A stretch of 64,000 nt of DNA from Amphiscolops sp. MND2022 (taxonomy: Eukaryota): assembly GCA_964187785.1 (NCBI GenBank), contig OZ076415.1:24676001-24740000 (forward strand). Reading direction: 5' to 3'. The notes under the pieces were generated by a model, which was given only the letters and a program-made list of their open reading frames with translations, did not search any database and was not told the DNA's origin. This document shows, piece after piece, positions 47,058 through 60,263 of this stretch (position 1 is its first letter; each line of letters opens with the position of its first letter). The translations under genes were made by a program, and so were the position numbers.

Positions 47058-49781
47058 CAGAAACCCAATTTCAATGCCAGATCGAAAAATAAGATGAAGA
47101 GTACGCAATTAATTGCAAAATACCAATATTTGAGTTCATCAACAATTATGACAGCGTCGCCAGTCAACAGAAAACAGAAGCGCGAACGGATCACATTGTG
47201 TGGTGTGAACAAAAAACAAACCAATCAGAAACTAGCAAAAGTCACAAAAGAGCAAATCAAACCAGCGCAATTCGATGCTACCCCTCCAAATAAAATCAAT
47301 CACGCAAATTTCAACGCTGTTCAAAACGATCAAGCAATAACAATGGACGACACAAGGATAGCGCAAATCGAAAGAGAGGACCACTTACAACGCGTTGGAA
47401 AGAATTGACAAAAACAGGAGAATACAGAATATCAAACGGGGTATGGAAAAATACAATCCACCAAGCGGTGACTACAGAGCGGAGATGAAATGAAAAGAAA
47501 TGGCATCAAACAAAAGAAGAAACTAAATGATTTGAGACCGAATGGAACAGCAGAACAAAGAACCTGAAGACAAAACTTGAAGAGAGAAGAGAAGAAATAC
47601 ATACAGTTTTGAAAAAGATCAGAAACATGCCACGAAGTCAACGAGACGAATGATCAGGAACACGCGGAAGTACAGGGGAAATTAACGACTCACCGGAAAC
47701 AGCCCTACCGAATCAACAGGCTCAGACAATTCATTCGGCGTACCAGCGATAAACTTCAATAAATAACTGGAGGCATCTGGTGTACATTATATCCAGATGG
47801 GACAAGCAAGCCACATACAAGATGACAATAAGTGGGATCCACAAGAGACAATCAGACAGGCAGAGCAGGAATTTACAACCAATCTAAAGACAATCGCCAC
47901 TGAAACAACAAACGATCAAAAAATATTGAGGTCACTAGTTTGCTTGAAACGAAGACTAATGGAACAAATTCATGAAGAGTACAGACTCTACCAGAAACAG
48001 CTGTCAACGAGATTTGGTGTAATATTCTACAACGACCGAATAATCATACCAAAAGAACTCAAAAACACAATTAGCATGCTGCTGCACGAAGTACACGCGG
48101 CCATCAATAAGATAACGAGAGTGGCAAAACCATTTTGGTGGCCAAGAACAATAGGAGATATCCAACAAAAATACGAAGAGTGCATCCCCTGCAAAATGGC
48201 CGGTGAGAACATTGAAGCACAAATACCGATGACCGAAATTAATTATTTACCACCGGTAGAGTGAACAAACCAAGAAATACAATTGGGTTTCATTGGACCA
48301 ATACGATTCAAGCATTATTAATTGAGCTTTTGCAATGTAATTCAGTAGACCGGTACAGCATATGGTAAGCGGCGTTTAAATGAGAAACGCCTACAGGAAA
48401 ATCACCAAAAAAATTCAAGGAACAAAACGTTACGTTAAACGGCTTGCCACATTCAAACAGAACAAATAAAGTCTGGGCTTTCACTGGAAAAGAATTCACA
48501 GTTTTTTGTAATTTTTTAAACTCAAAACTGATATCCGGAACACCGTATATACATTTAGCAACGGGGTTGGTTGAAAAGGCCTTCAAAACGCTGAAAGATT
48601 ACCTACGAACGACTTTGGAAAATGAGTACAACATATACGAAGTTTCAAAACATTCACTGCATGTAATGAGACAAACGGGCCTTTCAAGCATAAGTGAAAC
48701 TCTAATCGAATGTCATTATATTAGAAAACCAAGAACGGAAATCCATAATTACTTGAATGTGTCATCGAACAAACAATATGTTGTTTCAGCAAAACAAGAG
48801 ACGCTACAAGTTTACTCATTCACGAATGGAAGTGGCCAGTACCATCAACTAGTATTGAAAGCCCCAAGAAAGCTGAAAGAAGACGTGAGTCAGAAATTTC
48901 TTTAGTTCTTATGTCCATAAAAACAAAATAGAGATAAATTTGAAAGTATGTATGACATAAATCCACAAATAGCGAATATCTGGCACAAAACACAAAAAAC
49001 AAACAGACACAAATCATATGATATAGAGAAAAAGAGCAGGTAAACCAATAATTCCATTCTTTCAGAACCTCTATCACGGAGGGGAGGAAACCCAAAGGGA
49101 AGAAACGGGAAGTTCACTCACATAGAGCTACAAGAAAACAACGCCACAGCCGAACTTTCCGAGAGATGTAGTACACCGGTGCTGGAGAAAACTGTGTTGA
49201 ATGACACATTGGAGATGGAGAACACTACGATCAACCCGGTGTACAGCAGAGGACGAACAAAACTGATCCGAGACAGAGGCAGCATGACAACACCTGGCGC
49301 AACAATAGAAGCGAGACCGACAACGGAAGACAATCCGAACATAATCACTGTGGTAGATCATAACGGTAATACCGATTTAATAAAATCGGAAAACATAGAT
49401 ATGAATGAATATCAAAACGAACCGAGTTTACGAACGTCAACAAGAGCAAGATCCACTGACCCAATAAATCGATACGGTATTCCGGTCACATTTTGACTAG
49501 TACAGGTAACACCGTTGATAAGTGGAATGAGGAAAAAACCAATGAAACGGACGAGCTGCAGCGAACGATGGAAGGAGAGGCAACGACGAAAGAAACATCG
49601 TCAAAAGAAGAAGAAGAGGAAATTACGGTGAAAACCGTGTACGAAGCAAAAACAAACAACCGGACCAGTCGGTGTCACAAACATTTGAAATTTAAATTTC
49701 CTATTATTGCATTTATTCCTACAACATCTGTTTACATGAAACAACAATCTATTTACGTATTTATATTCTGAACAGGCGGAA

Positions 49782-49958
49782 TGTGAGATGACGTCATCTC
49801 AGGTAGTCAGTAGTCATTCTCACTTATGCTAAAAAACAGTACTGAATTTCAAAACTAGTCAATAGACCTCCTTGCGGAAACCATGATGATCACGTTACAA
49901 TACAGAATAGATTATTCAATATCAGCTTCTTCTGTTATCTTATTCAAAAGATACAACA
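49782..49958 (+). repeat. 3' LTR (177 bp) of the old Gypsy element
   Basis: Preceded by purine-rich AGGCGGAA, starts TGTGAG, ends ACAACA, and is followed by the TSD TTTCC. Confidence 0.7.
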
Positions 49959-51302
49959 TTTCCAGAGTATTTAAAATAGCCGAAAGTTTAGGTAAAGCCT
50001 TGTTATGCAAAGAGGTTGATATGTGGTTGTTCGCATCCACGTAGTTCGAGACATCGTTTGTCATTTGTTGACAATTATTGAAAGGTGTTTTTTATTATTG
50101 AGAATTTTTAATTACTCGGGTGCATTTCTCTCAGAAACCCAGGCGTTTCAATAGTCTGTTTGTCGCAGGCTGCCGCCTGTGATGACACGATGATAACTAC
50201 AACCCCAGATGGTCAGGAAAAAGCGCCCGGACCCATCCCCATTTATTAAATTACAAATTAATAACCATTTTAAGTCAATCAGTATCACTTGGTAAGTTCT
50301 TTTGAAAACACTGTTGCTGTAGCTATTTTTATTAGGCTGTTAACCGTTGATGAAAGATCAAATTTACTGTAAATCTTTTGCAAGATTGACAAACATAAGC
50401 TGATGTAAGTACACTAAGCAGCGGAAAGGAAACCTGTTCAAATGCGGAAACGTAATTCAACCACTCACAGTGCAATGCCTTCAGTACTATTTTGAAGTGT
50501 TATTAATATGAGCCAATTACGGCCAGTTGACGAACTAGAGCTGACAAGTAATGGAACACCAGTCAAATGGTCGGTTCCGGCCACCTATTTTTTTAATCGC
50601 GTGGGGTGTGCTATTTTACTGATAATAATATAAGCCTGTCTAAATAGTACTTAAGTTGCTTTCTTTTGTGTATTACAGTAAATAAGGACTGCCAGATAAT
50701 GACTTGCTAGTTGGAGATGCTATTTTTATGCGCCGGTCCTTAGACCAAATGTGACGGAAGATATCTCCGTCCTTGAATAAAGATCCTATAATGGCCACCT
50801 CAATATAAAGGTCAAAACACGAAAATTAGTGCAACATTCAACCGGGTATACATTTGTTTACGTACATGAATGCGTGATTAGAAATGTTGATGCATGTTTC
50901 CAATGCCATTGAGGTATTGATGACATTGATATTTGTTGCTATTTATATTTAGATGATGTGATGCATTCCCTCTAATCCTGTTTAGGCCACATTCCTAAGG
51001 AGCTTTGATGGTGTTGACACCTCTAGTAAAGTGTTGTACTAATAGAGAATATTCACTCTAATCAGGTGCCCCTTATGGAATTTGTAACTTGAAACTGCAC
51101 AATACTCTGTGTGATGAAATGCACCTGGAAAGTTTTTTTTCGTTCAAACAACAATGTAAAAAATGTGAATGTCACTTTCTCAGGGGTATATATACCCATG
51201 TTTTCCTTGAGAGGGACACAACTTGGTTAGGTCTACTACGATTCATACGCTCCAAAACATCCAAACTTGATTTCCTAATAAAGTTTTACAATCGGGATGT
51301 CT

Positions 51303-51780
51303 TGATGCCTACCACTAGAAAACAGAAGAAAGCTAGAAAATCTAGAGGAGCAGAGATGTTATCAGTTATAGAGAATCTAGATATTATGTTGGGAGGCAAT
51401 TATTAGGAAAGGGAAGAAAGCGAGTATAGCAACTCCATTAGGAGACCTGATATTCCAAGTGATAATGCACCAGAAGATAACGAGGAGAACCGTTACCCTA
51501 ATTCTAGGGAAAATAGATCAAGTTACAGTGCCGATTATGGCCATATCTCAGCTGGTACAGACTCTAGTGTTGTGCTGAGTTTAAAAGATTATCAGGCGAT
51601 CTCAATTTAAGGTTCTCGAGAGAATTGGATGAAGTGAGGAACAGTGTCATTGTTCTAATCCAAAGGGCAATTAATGATGCCTCTAAAGCAATCAAGTTTT
51701 GCCTCAAATTCAGAATGCCCCTATGGCCGGTTCGGGACCGTTGACACAGAAAGGATGGAACGTCTCGGCCGAGTGACCTG
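51303..51780 (+). pseudogene. Decayed ORF start (MPTTRKQKKARKSRG...), probably TE-derived
   Basis: Protein-like frame continues across a stop (LDIMLGGNY*EREESEYSNSIRRP...). No diagnostic motif. Confidence 0.3.
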
Positions 51781-53629
51781 AACGTAACACCGATTACAAC
51801 CCAAACCAGAAAATCAGGAGTAGTTCAAGAAGTGAGTATTTCCGTAGTCTTTGTGGTGAAGATGCGGATAATACTCACGACAGTGTTTTTGGCGAAAAAA
51901 ATACTTCTGCTCTTCTGGAACAATATCAATTTCTATTCTTTCTCCTTTGGTTGTCTGTTCTGGTCGTATGGAACCATGGAATTCACGTGTAGACTCATGC
52001 TATTCAAAACCAAATCAAACCGAAAAAAAACGTGTCAAATATTTTATTGGACTTTGTGGATATCATTTTGTTTTGCCTGTGTTTTGCGCACAAACATCCC
52101 AAGCAACTTCATATAAGATTCCTTTCCTAAAGAAACGAGAAAGTGTAGTTTTAGCACGGGAATACCTAGCACTTTTGTAATGCTTGTTTCCAACAGGTTT
52201 TGCCGATAGCCACTAGAACTCTTGTAAATGTGGAGAGTACTTTACACAACGCCAAGATGTTAACGCGGACTTTTCTACGTGGTGCGAAGGCCTGTCTGTG
52301 TGTAGGTGGGTTCAAAGTTTTACGTTGGATCAAAATTGTTTTGTTTATTGCTAAGGTAATGGGAATCTATAGTGCCTCATGTTGTTTTTAAGCACTTCGA
52401 CTTCGAAGGATGTTTTTTGGTTTTTCAAACGTTTGTAATTTAAAAAGCCGTTTCTTTGAATGCAGAACTTTTTCAGTGTCCTGAACTAGATTTAAAATTA
52501 AGCCGACGAAAAAGCGCTATGTTAGGAAAGACTGAAAGATTGCTCAAGGATGAATTTTAGATTGAAATAATGAGGATTTTTGAGTTGTTGAGAGTGTACA
52601 ATGTGATGTCTGGAAAATTGAAAAGTCTGAAACACAAAAAAAACTGGTTTTGGCAGCAGTAAATTTCAATAAATAGTGTCAAGGAGCCCTAAAAAACATT
52701 CAAGATTCACAAGTTTCCGACATTTCCAACATTTCGCTTCTTTCACAATCTGGAATTGTAAACTGTCGGCAATATTGATGTCAATCATTTCCATGACGCC
52801 CAGGTTCTCAGATTAATTCAGCAAAAATTTATGCTTTTGTATTCAAATAGTAGGAACAATATTGTAGAATGGTTTCATAAAAAGCTTTGTTATTGTCAGA
52901 ATAGTTGCTCGTTTCACCGGTGATTTTTCCCTTTCAAGGTCTCAAGATAGAACACTTTTATAGAACTCAAGATAACTTTTTCATTTTTCCGTTATAACTT
53001 GTCATTCTGAGTCCTTCATTCACTAATTTGGAGAAAAGTAAATTGAAAGCGTCACTGCCTTTCGTAGGTTGTTCAGTACTTTTGTTGATTATTCTGGGTA
53101 CGTAACAATATTATACCTTAAACTTCTCTTAGTTTTTCCCAGTTTATTCGCACGACGCAAAGTTTCTGTTTGTGTCGTTTTCTATATTTGGAAAATTGGT
53201 TCCAATTGTCCAAACGCTGCTTGCACATGACCATTTTTAAAGGAGAGTAGAATTTCCCCGAACGAAGTTCATAGTTTTCATGTACATTTCAGCAGTCAAC
53301 GGGATATTTTCTGGACTAGGACTAATCCAGTTTGGCTGCGGTCGAAGACTAAAAACTATAAATGTTTTTCCTGAAAAGAGGTTAAGCTAAAAATGGCGCT
53401 TTTCTGAATTGGCAGCATTCGATGGTTTGTATTTGTGAGAAAATTATTTTGCGAAATTGACAAATTGCTCACTTATGTGGAAAAAGTTAATCAAGTCTAA
53501 ATGTTTCAGTGAAACCCCGTCACCAATATCGCATTTTCAAGCAAACTGAATTGTTACTTTTCCAGCCGAGTTGAAGAACTGCGTGAGTTCTGAATTACTA
53601 AAAAAAACTTTCTGCCCTATGCGGTATAT

Positions 53630-53741
53630 TACCTGTAAAGCTTATACGTCTAGTACTTGCTGATTATCATTTTAATTTGTAATTTGTACGCTTCTCGGGT
53701 AACAAATTAATAAATTATTCATTCATTCTTTCATTCATTCA
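53630..53741 (+). mobile_element. Probable 3' tail of a 5'-truncated LINE/SINE
   Basis: AATAAA (53709-53714) followed by a (TTCA)n microsatellite tail, typical of CR1/L2 3' ends. Confidence 0.45.
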
Positions 53742-54045
53742 TTTTGTCGAATTAAATTAAAAAGTTTTCTTTTTAGTGTTGGGAGCGCAACGCTATATTC
53801 GGACCCCTGGTGATGGAGAGTTGATTTCGTTTATTTTTAAACCTTTCATATCACCAACGCGACCTATTATTTTTCAACTTTTTATTTCATCCCCTAATAA
53901 ACTTTAAAGAGGTTCATATCAAGCGGTTCGAAGGGTTTACTATCATTTATTGGATTGTGCTAATAGTCTTTTATGTACTAAATCCGGAAGAAAAAGCATC
54001 GATGTTCAAGGTTCTGTTAAACTTCCTACCTGTTATTGTTTGAAT

Positions 54046-54450
54046 TAGAGGTGCACCGGACAGCAAAATTTCCGTCTGGCCGGACAACCGGACATGACTG
54101 ATTGAAGCCGGATACCGGCCGGACCGGACATTATCCTCAATTGTAAGCAATGAAGGGCTGTTTTCAGAATTGAGCAAAGAGGATTACGAAAAACGAAGCA
54201 GGTTTTTACCACAGAACGGTGAAGACTATTTTCCCTCCGCCATAAATTGATGAATTTTGATTCACAGTCACAAATTCAATTTTTCGATGCACATTCACTT
54301 TTTCTCGGTTAGATATTCCGATTATTTAAGATTATTATTTAAGATAATATCCTGCCGGACATTGTAAAAAGTCCGGCCGGATACCGGACAGGACATATTC
54401 CTGAAATCCGGCCGGATACCGGACCGGACTTGTTGTCCGGTACACCTCTA
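54046..54450 (+). mobile_element. Non-autonomous hAT element (405 bp)
   Basis: 16-bp TIRs TAGAGGTG(C/T)ACCGGAC, perfect 8-bp TSD GTTTGAAT (54038-54045, 54451-54458), CCGGA-rich subterminal repeats, and an internal dimerization-domain-like remnant PSIVSNEGLFS...EKRSRFLPQN. Confidence 0.9.
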
Positions 54451-55864
54451 GTTTGAATTGACATTCTGTCCTGTTGAATCCTCATCTAAAATCGAACAAA
54501 TTGAGTTCGTCTCTTGGGTTAGTTTGATTTTCATTTTTACGTTAACTGGAACGAAACGTTTAGAATCATATCTTTCGATTGTCACTCAAGTAATCCAATG
54601 ACATTTATATTCATTTCCAGGGTTCTAAATGCCAGGTAAAAGTTATCTAATCTATCTTTTTCAGTAAATTTATGCAAATTTCATTTATCTGGCTTTAATT
54701 TTTGCCTTGATTGATAATAAGAGCTTGTCTCCTTAATTTAATAAATGTTCCATATATGCATCTTGTTGTTCAATTCCTTTTTACATTGGCCTCCGAAGCA
54801 GAAAATTTTCAAAAATGGGCGTATGGGACAAAAATGAAATATGTAATTTATGGTATGGCGGAAAATGAAAGTACTTTAAAAATCTGTTTTGAACAGCTCA
54901 ATTTTTTGATCTTGTTTACCTTGAGGTTTATGAATCAACTATGAGTGTATCACTTCAAGTATTCAATATATTCCTTTTTAGGACGACATATTGGATATCA
55001 AGTAAATTTTTGAAAATAGCGTGGTTTTGACATTTGTCGTAAAACTTGTTGACTTTTCTCAACTCTCCAAAAATTGTCGAGCTCGTGATTGAGTCACTTT
55101 TCGTAAAGGGCCCCTTGCATCGTTGAACATCCCAGTCTAATTAATAATCATCTGAAGAGCCATTTATACAAAGAATTGCACTGTTTTTCCATTGGGATTG
55201 AAAAGGTTGTAGTTTTTGAATAACCTCATTTTTACAGCAACATAGCGTCTAACATAATGTGTTTTTAATCCCGGGAGCGACGCCGTTTAGGGCTACTTCC
55301 GTTAAGCAAAGGTGAAATGGTTATCTCAAAAATCGTTGTTGATTTTGGAACTTGTTCACGTGTTGAAATTATCAAAGCCTGAAAAATATCACACGATAAG
55401 ATCTATTTATGCCATGTGATATAAAAAGCGCATTTTTAATTACAGCCATGCAAAATGATAACTGAGGGATTAGAAATACATAAAATGATTTTATTCGATT
55501 ATTCAATTCCAGAAAATGTACCTCGGTTGTGTTTCGTTTCGCTGAATTGTCAATACGAATATTACGAAAAGGAACAAAAAATAGGTTAGTGTTCAAACAT
55601 TGATTTCATTATAATACTTACCAATATAAAGTTTCATTTTCTCATAAACATATACCTATGAATTGGAATTTGCTATGAAAGCAAGCCGGAAAAGGTCCAA
55701 GTCATCACCCCGCTTGAAGTGCAAAAGTGAACGTCGGCGCTCACTGAAAAACACTGAATTTTGAAATGAAAAACATCGCAAAAGAAGACTGCATATTCAG
55801 AATACATATGGGCACGACTGCAAAAAAATGCGAAGAAAAGACTCTGAAGGAAATAGGAATCAAG

Positions 55865-56610
55865 GAACAAGCCTGGACCGGCCCAAGTCGGCGCCCCGCT
55901 CAAGTTTCTTAAACATGCAAAGAACATTATTTTCAAACTTTTATCAATTTCTCAGTGCCGAAAAAGACGCCAAGATATACGCATAAGACTCAGAAACCAC
56001 TTTTTCCCGACTGGAAACAAAAAATCTGAAATCAGCTATGAAAGCGGGGGTTTACCTTTGACCAAATTGAAGTTTCAGAAAAAAGACACAGACAGCCTTA
56101 AAAACGGCTGAAAATGGTATTTTCCACAGATAAAGAAAACTCATGAGTTCCACAGGATAAAAAAAATAACAAAGAGATCACTCTCAAGACCCAGAAAACA
56201 AAAAAAAACAAAAAGTGTGAAAAAAGGAAAATTTTTTGAAATATTTTTCAATTTTATTCACTTCGGTAAGTTGCATAGTGCGGAAAAATGTGACCATCTA
56301 TACTCGGAAAACGCTGTCGTTTCTGCTGAAAATAGTGGGACGGGTTTGGAGAAAACTGAAGAAAATCGCATAGTGTGGCATCAAAAACCTTTTGGTTCAG
56401 TGCGCAACTCGAACCCACTTACCCCTGCTTCAGAAATCCACTAGGCGTTAACCTCTAGGCCAAATGGCAGTGAGAAAGTTACTAAAAAATTACAGAACCA
56501 TTGAAAGAAACGCTTTGGACAATTCAGGTGTATCGAAAAAAAACTGACGACAAGCCATGACTATAGTCGCTCTTGTCTAAAAAAAACTAAAAAATAGCGC
56601 TGACTAAAAA
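55865..56610 (-). mobile_element. Diverged Helentron/HINE-like copy
   Basis: AACAAGCC.GG.CCGGCCCAAGTCGGCGCC at one end and CATGACTATAGTCGC...GCGCTGACTAAAAA at the other. Confidence 0.5.
56402..56468 (-). pseudogene. tRNA-derived head inside the HINE-like copy
   Basis: A-box TGGCCTAGAGG and B-box-like GGGTTCGAG at tRNA-like spacing. Confidence 0.4.
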
Positions 56611-58517
56611 GAGGAAAGTGTTTTTAATATTCGAGGCAAAACTATTGAGAAACTTTTGAAATACCATACAGTGCCAAAAAATACGCGAAGGATTGCTTTT
56701 AAACTCGAAACCCACTTCTTGCTTTGATCCTATGATCTTGTTCATCTTTTGAGGAAAACACTTCCTTTAAAGCCACGCTGCCATCCACTAGGCCAAGTGG
56801 CCGTCAAAGATAGTCCGGAACAAGTCATCTGGAAGAAAGCTTAAATCAAACGTTTTTTATGTTCCAAATGAATGGTTTCATTCAAAAATTTCAACTGACG
56901 TAACACGGTTACCATGCAATATGTATTTGTAGAGGTTTATGGACTTTTTGCTTGACCCCAAAGACCCCAGAATGACCCAAACATGACAAAAAGTGCAAAG
57001 TTTTGTGTACTTTAAAGTTTTTTTGCCATTTTTGTGAAATCTTGGATAGTTTTCCTGCCTTAGAATGTTGATAACGTCCAAAGGCAAAAAATATGGTGTC
57101 CGAGAGGCTTTTTTGAGAATTGAATGTAGTTTTTAAATGAAAAAATGCGTCAAAATCAGACAGTTTTATGATTTCCACGATTTATGAAACTTTTGTCATG
57201 TTTTCCCACAATTTCGTTGATCAAGACGTTTAAAATGTTTAACAAGGAATGCATTCAATAGGGTTTTTCGGGGAAAAATGCAGTTTTGTTGGAAAAAACT
57301 GTAATGACACCAAAATGGTCGAGAATCCTATTTTTTTCAATTTTTGATTTTCTGACGCCATTTTCGTAATTTTTTTCATCGTCTCCATGAATTAGAATGA
57401 TTGAATACGTTGTCCAGTAGTTTTTTGAAAGGAAAGTGTGGTTTTTCGATGAAAATATACTTTAATTTGACACCAAAACTGTCGGAAAGTCCAAAATTTC
57501 TCAGTTGATCAAGATTTTCATGTTATCTGAGTGAAAAAAATGATTTTGAGCGTTTTTGTGAGCTAAAACGTTTAAAACAACCAAAGGCAAATTATGGAAA
57601 TTATGTATATAATATCCTTTTTTGATGTGAAAATTACAATGTTTTACATCAGAAACGCTTAACACCCCTTGAGTCAGAAAATACAAAAAATCAACTTGTT
57701 ATTTTGTTCTAGTGTGAAATCTGTGAAATTTTCGAAACGTTTTGAGGTTTAAATTATAAAAAGGTTCAACAACGATTTCACCCCAAAATATCGAAAGCCC
57801 AATTCTTTCCAGTTTGTCGTTTTTCATGCAATTTGTGTACAATTTTTGAAGGTTTTTGTGACTAAGAAGGTTCAAAACACTCAAAAACGAAAAAAAACTA
57901 GCTATGAAGTGTTCTATCTGGAAGAGAGAGTTGCAGTGTTTTGCATCAAAAACACTTCAAAATAACCCTGATGAGTCGTAATTGAAAAATTGTAAATTCA
58001 ACTTTTCTTATGCAAAGTTTCTGAATTTTTTGAGAAGTTTCTATCGTTGGCAGAATGAAAACCCTCAACAGCGAACAAATGTGCTATACAGTATGCTTTT
58101 TGAAGGTCAATTGCAGCTTCACGTTAGAAAACAGCCTCAATTTGACCCCAAAATTGTCGAAAAAAGTATTGGCAGGTCTTTGACACTTTAGTGAATTTTT
58201 ATTGAATGATATCAAATTTTCGAAATTTTGTAAACTTTTTAAACAGGCACGCAGAATGTTTAAAAAACGAAATTTACAATTGTGTATGTAGAAAATTCGT
58301 CAGAACGACTTAAAATATTCAAGAAATCCAAATTTTTTGTTTTTCAAACTTCTATATATATTTTTTGTAAACGTGCACAAAAAAGTATAAAAAAGATTCA
58401 AAAAAAAGGAAGTTGGGGAGGTTTTTCGACGCCTTTCAATATTTACACCCCAGAAGTAAACAAAACGCCCGCTAAGTACCGGGATGTTTTCTGCGACACG
58501 CTTATCGCAAAAAAGAA

Positions 58518-58647
58518 TGGCGAAGGAGAGGATCGAACCCATCACCTACTGGCTGGGAAACACGAAAAAATTTCAGGCACCAGCTCGGGTTCGAACCAAC
58601 GACCTAATGGCTCGGAAAGCAATAAATGAAGTGCACTACACTCCACC
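58518..58647 (-). pseudogene. tRNA-derived sequence with two B-boxes (SINE head/dimer-like)
   Basis: GGAGTGTAGTG (A-box-like), GGTTCGAACCC, then GGGTTCGATCC about 55 nt later. Confidence 0.45.
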
Positions 58648-58759
58648 AATAAATCATACAAAAAAACCTTTTGTGCATGTTATTGTCACGTTTCTATTCA
58701 CGGTTCGATCTTCTATTTGATGACTAGTAAGTTATCACTTTTAGGCTAAACGTTTGGGT

Positions 58760-59340
58760 TTTTTCGCCGTCAGAATGAAGCCCTAACTTGTTCTACCGGT
58801 AAGGGTGATTTGTTTGATACCCGTTTCTCCCGGAAGTTTCGTGATTGTCAAAATCGCCTTCTTCGGCCTCTTCGATTCCTCTCTCCTCATTTCTGGACTC
58901 TGGACCCGTCTTTCTTTTCGCTTTGGTCAATTTTCCGTTTTTCGTTGAGCATATTCTGGAGGATTTTCTTAACCAAATGTACTTGTCCACAACGCAGGGT
59001 CTATGGCGGATTTGCTGTGCAATTGTATCATCACTTTGCAGAGCCTTTGCGTTCGTTCGTTTTCGGGTCTGAAAGATGATTGGTTTAAAAACTTTTCGGT
59101 GAATTGTTTTTTGTTAGCCGTAGAACCTTCTGTGTCATCTTTTATTTCCGCTTTTGGTTAATTTCCGGATTAACTGTTAATCGGTGTTTGTTTGTCTCCG
59201 TGTTCTAGTGAAGAGTCACTTTTTTGCAAACGTTGTAGCATGTTTGGTCGAACACAGGAATTTTTTGTGTAGGGTCAATTCTGTACTTTGCAAAATTTGC
59301 ATGGTTTAGCATTGCTGAAATTATTTTTCGTTTCATTTTC
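58760..59340 (-). pseudogene. Gypsy gag C-terminal/zinc-knuckle-like remnant
   Basis: KPCKFCKVQN*PYT..C-like fragment with multiple stops and frameshifts. Confidence 0.35.
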
Positions 59341-60263
59341 TGAATCTGTCTTTGAAGTATATGTAAGATAGGCTCATGAAAAGAGTTAAGAATCAAAGTG
59401 TACTCTAACTGAAGGTTTACTATAATGATGTCAACTTTAGAGTAAGGGTTAAATAGTTGTTGATAAACAAGTTCAAACTAAAAATAGCAACGGAGATATA
59501 ATGTTGTTTGTCAACAGTCTATTACATTCCCCCTTCTGTAATTGGAGGAGAATCATCCAATGGGTTTGTGTATCCGTTGCTGTCCATGATGTAGTTATGT
59601 CCGGTGTTCCGTCCATGGTCTGGTGATGTTTTCTCCGGTGTTCCGTGAGAGGCATGTTGTTTTTCCGGTTGTGGGCTGGTTGTGAATTTCGGGCGGTTTA
59701 TTGGTCGACCTCTTTGTCTTGCTCCGGCATTTCTTTTGAGCATTCTGGAAGTGGTGACAGGTTGAGTCGTTTTACTGTTTCCTGTAATCAGCTTGATTAA
59801 CTGGATTATTTAATCTGACAATTGGATTTGTTTTCGTTAACCTTTTTGACCGGCGTATGTTATCATTTTCTAGTTGTTCTGTGTCTTTCTCTGTTTCGGT
59901 ACTAGAGCTTAGGTTGCTTGCTAATTCTAGTTCTGACGAGTCTGGTTCGTTTTCTATTTTATTGTTATTATCAAATGGTACCTTACCGGAGTTGTCTTTG
60001 ATCTGGATTTCTTGTCCTGACTGTGTGGAATCTTTTATTTTGTGGTCTATGTCGGACTCCGACATTTAGTCCGTATTTATTGTGAGTGTTCCCATTCCTG
60101 TGTTGTTTTGTTTGTCCGGTGTGTTGTTCGATGCTGGTGCTGTATTATCTGTCGTCAGCCGTGGCATTACCCTGCCGGTTGTGCCTTGCCGTTTAATGGT
60201 GGGTGGTTCTGGGCTGGTGTCCGTATCTTCTTCTGATTGGGATTTTCTGGGGTTGTTGTTTGT

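Larger units (their letters stand above)
43272..49958 (+). mobile_element. Old, decayed full-length Ty3/Gypsy LTR retrotransposon
   Basis: TG...CA ends and TSD TTTCC on both sides (43267-43271, 49959-49963). Gag (LFIWALGES, HSRADVFGLTREKHET), protease FIIDSVSP, RT FVSPAVITLKKDKSVK, RNase H TDASNKGLG, integrase LHEVH..FWWP...CIPC and RTNK..AFTG...GTPYIH. Many frameshifts. Confidence 0.85.

Noticed and set aside
51830-53400. Protein-like minus-strand fragments (e.g. EFHGSIRPEQTTKGERIEIDIVP) possibly from a large DNA transposon or virus
   Set aside because: Too broken, and I cannot tie them to a named family without a search.
57965-57990. Hammerhead ribozyme core (CTGATGAGTC...)
   Set aside because: Lacks the downstream CGAAA and closing stems; at best a chance or fully decayed match.
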